A DNA stretch of 63,328 nt, filler included, from Lenisia limosa (Eukaryota; Protista; Breviatea): assembly GCA_001655205.1 (NCBI GenBank). It is 9 parts of 9 records of this genome, joined end to end, with 100 filler letters (N's around TTAATTAATTAA, not from the genome) between each part and the next. Parts side by side here need not be neighbours in the genome. Positions count along the whole stretch, not along the records: positions 60,514 to 63,328 come from LPNZ01006762.1; 8 more parts are not named here. The stretch is one strand, 5' to 3'. A program made the position numbers and the translations under genes. Shown one piece after another: positions 60,620-63,328 of this stretch. The notes under the pieces were generated by a model that saw nothing but the letters and a program-made list of their open reading frames with translations, had not been told where the DNA came from and did not search any database. The first letter of the stretch is position 1; each line of letters starts with the position of its first letter.

Positions 60620-63328
60620 GTGTAACTTGTGTACCGGAAGTGGAGAGTATCTCAGCGTACCTTGCTCCCGTATGAGGGAAGGGTGTTGTAATTTTTGTTT
60701 TATGTGAGGGAAAAACGAGTTGAGCAAAGTGAATGCTACACCATCCCTCCTCTCACATTTGCATAAATTTTCCATTTTTTACCTCCCCTCCCCCCTCAGA
60801 TACGGTTACTGGAGTTTGTGGTTCATGTAGTTCAAGGAACCGCGTAGATGCGTCTGGAAACTCCTGTGGCTCCTGTCGCTCTGCTTTTTTCAGCTCCTTG
60901 GGAACGACAGCGGACTATCTACAGGGCAGCACTGTATGTACTGGTAGGACAGAACAATCTACATTAGCGAAGTTATCTTAATATCTCCGATGATTATCTG
61001 TCTGTTTTCATCTACAATTTCAACCACCCTCACAAAATCAAAGTTTCCTCTTTGAACTTTTGATTTATCAATTCATGAAAATATGAAATAAGAAATTGGT
61101 CCCATCACTCAGCGGATATGTTCATTTTTTTGCTTTTCGTTTTGTTGGCAGTTTTTGATTTTCCATTTGATGAAATTTTACTGCCTAAGCGTGTACTCCC
61201 TGCACTTCTTCAGCCACCTACCAATTCGCTGGATGTACAAGTTGGTCAAGGAAGGGTGTTGTTTAGCCATTGCAGCAAGTTGTGTTGGGGGGAGGGGGGG
61301 TTGTATTTCCAGATTTCTTTCTCCCCTCCCCATTTTTTCTTTCNNNNNNNNNNNNNNNNNNNNNNNNNNNNNNNNNNNNNNNNNNNNNNNNNNNNNNNNN
61401 NNNNNNNNNNNNNNNNNNNNNNNNNNNNNNNNNNNNNNNNNNNNNNNNNNNNNNNNNNNNNNNNNNNNNGATTGGGAGCCGCAGGTGCCTCGTGTGGTCG
61501 CTGCAAAGACAACCATTTCAGCTCCATTGGGACAACGGCTGACTATGACTCCGGCACGACAACTTGCCAAGGTGACGCATTGGACTATTCTATTTTTTCT
61601 ATTTTTTTTAAAAAAATTATATTTTTCATGTTTGGTAACAGTTTTTGTGAGTAATTCTGCTAGAGTGTCAGAGCTGCGGAACCGCAGCCTATTTTCCCAA
61701 AACTGCTTGCACTAGTAAGTGGCCTAACTTCTGCCTGTTGTCCTGAAATATGATTGACTATTAGATTGATATTTTAAGATCTTTTTGAGGAACGGAGTGA
61801 AACACCTATGATTATGACAAAATGCTCTTTACGACATTGTATCGTCTTACACCCCCCCCCCCTCAAGGCACAACAAATACAGTGTGCGAGCTTTGTTCAG
61901 AAGTTTTTCGTGGAGGCAAGATCGGGACAATCTGTGGGCAGTGCTTGAGCGGATACTACCACCCCGACGGTGAAGCTAATTTCATCGAAGGCGTGACAGC
62001 TTGTAAAGGTTCGTGTACAACATCTTACTCCTGCTATGCTGCTACACACCGCATATACGTTATATTATGCTGAAATAAGAAAACGAATTCTTTCCCCTGC
62101 AGCTCTGTTTGTTTTATCATTCAGCATGCAATTTGTGTTCAACAAAAACTGAGTACCTTAAAATGCCATGTACAAGTATGGGGATTGGTCTTGTCTTGCT
62201 TGTTTCCTAACAACATTTTCAAAACTGCTGGATGTTGTTTTATTTTTGTTTTGTTAACAACCCATTCGCTCAACTTTCGATGAAAAGGTGTTGTCTTACC
62301 CCCTCCTCTCTTTTCCCAGACACCCAAACGTCTACTTGTGCTTCGTGCTCCTCCCTCAATCGAGCTGGTCAAGTCGGTAACTCCTGTGGTTCTTGTAAGG
62401 AAGAGTATTACAGTGTGGCCGGCACTGAGACGGATTGGAGCGCTGGTTCTACTCACTGTAATGGTGTGTGCTTGGGATACCCGGTTCAATACGGTTTTTC
62501 TCCTCAATCAGGTTCACTTTACAACTTGCTTTTTTACGTAACTCTTGTGCTTCTTGTGGTTTTGTTGGACCTATGAACATCTGATTTGAAATGCGCCAAG
62601 CTGCAAATTATACCCCATCATTACCCATTTTAGCATGCAATGGATGTGATGAAGTCACTGTTGCACTCGAATCTCCCTGTACACGTGTGTTGGGAATTTG
62701 TGATAATAGTTCGTTCACATTTCCGTGCTGGTAAAAGAATAATTTAAACGAATATTATGATACCTTATCTTTCTTATTTCTTAAGATTCCATTTCACTCT
62801 CCTCAGATACTGACCTCGACCTATGTGTGAGTTGTCATTTCCTTAACCGAATGGACAAGGAAGGGGTCTTATGTGGCCAATGCGACTCTTTGCACTATAG
62901 CTCTGTCGGGACTGAAGAAGACTACTTACAGGGATCAACCGAATGCATTGGTAAGGATACTTGTCTCACCCCTCCCTCCTCAACATAATATTGTTCAATT
63001 GTAAAGAAAGATCCAGATCTATTTGCATTGCTGTTGATAAGATATCTTCATTTTTAATACATTTGTATAATCTCGGACCAAAATTGAACCAAATAAGACC
63101 AATCCAGAGATATCCCATACACCAAAGCTCATTTTTAGGATGCTCTGTCTGCGGGAGCAATTACTTTGCTACAACAAGGTGCACAAATGTAAACGATGTG
63201 GAGTGGGTGGGGGAACTACTTGGTATTATTGTCTGGATACAATGCACATAATGGTTTGAATTTTCAGATGATTGGATCTTCTAATTTCACATATTTTACC
63301 CCCCCCCCTCCTACTCAATGGATATCTT
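60620..63328 (+). CDS. Cys-rich CxxC-repeat surface protein (TNFR/VSP/i-antigen-like repeats); both ends truncated
   Basis: Repeated exons VCGSCSSRNRVDASGNSCGSCRSAFFSSLGTTADYLQGSTVCT, SCGRCKDNHFSSIGTTADYDSGTTTCQ, TCASCSSLNRAGQVGNSCGSCKEEYYSVAGTETDWSAGSTHCN and CSVCGSNYFATTRCT. Confidence 0.8.

Noticed and set aside
6239-61469. N runs that follow G, C, T or CT homopolymer tracts as a biological pattern
   Set aside because: This is masking or sequencing dropout at low-complexity tracts. It does show where the G/C intron tracts lie, but it is not itself a feature.

Overview
Intron-rich microbial eukaryote DNA with the standard genetic code, GT-AG introns and exons mostly 50-150 nt. An amoebozoan-like protist is plausible, but the sequence alone does not establish this. 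The window is nine contigs joined by artificial N..TTAATTAATTAA..N linkers, so several genes are truncated and neighbourhoods across linkers are unreliable. Genes were reconstructed by manual exon joining. They are: an unknown minus-strand gene (1-6.2 kb); a beta-propeller-like type I membrane protein; a secreted LamG-domain protein; a very large charged coiled-coil protein with an array of 11 symmetric repeat exons; REX4 exonuclease with a tRNA-Asp gene in its last intron; a TPR protein; NUBP1/Nbp35; a CPLANE1(JBTS17)-like protein; a bifunctional PAPS synthase; ribokinase; a coiled-coil hypothetical; a Cys-rich multipass membrane protein; a GPI-anchored protein with two bacterial-type GH-A-like domains and EGF repeats; and a CxxC-repeat surface protein. 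Introns carry at least five non-coding repeat families, including hAT-type MITEs with 8-bp TSDs and TA-flanked Tc1/mariner-type MITEs. The most notable observations are: (1) PAPS synthase with an N-terminal signal anchor; (2) a CPLANE1-like gene in a protist-like genome; (3) the tandem bacterial-type hydrolase/EGF/GPI protein; (4) introns bracketed by complementary G-runs and C-runs, plus a strand-locked intronic repeat that supplies 3' splice sites; (5) Nbp35 with a second N-terminal four-Cys motif. All protein identifications rest on remembered family motifs; no database search was run.
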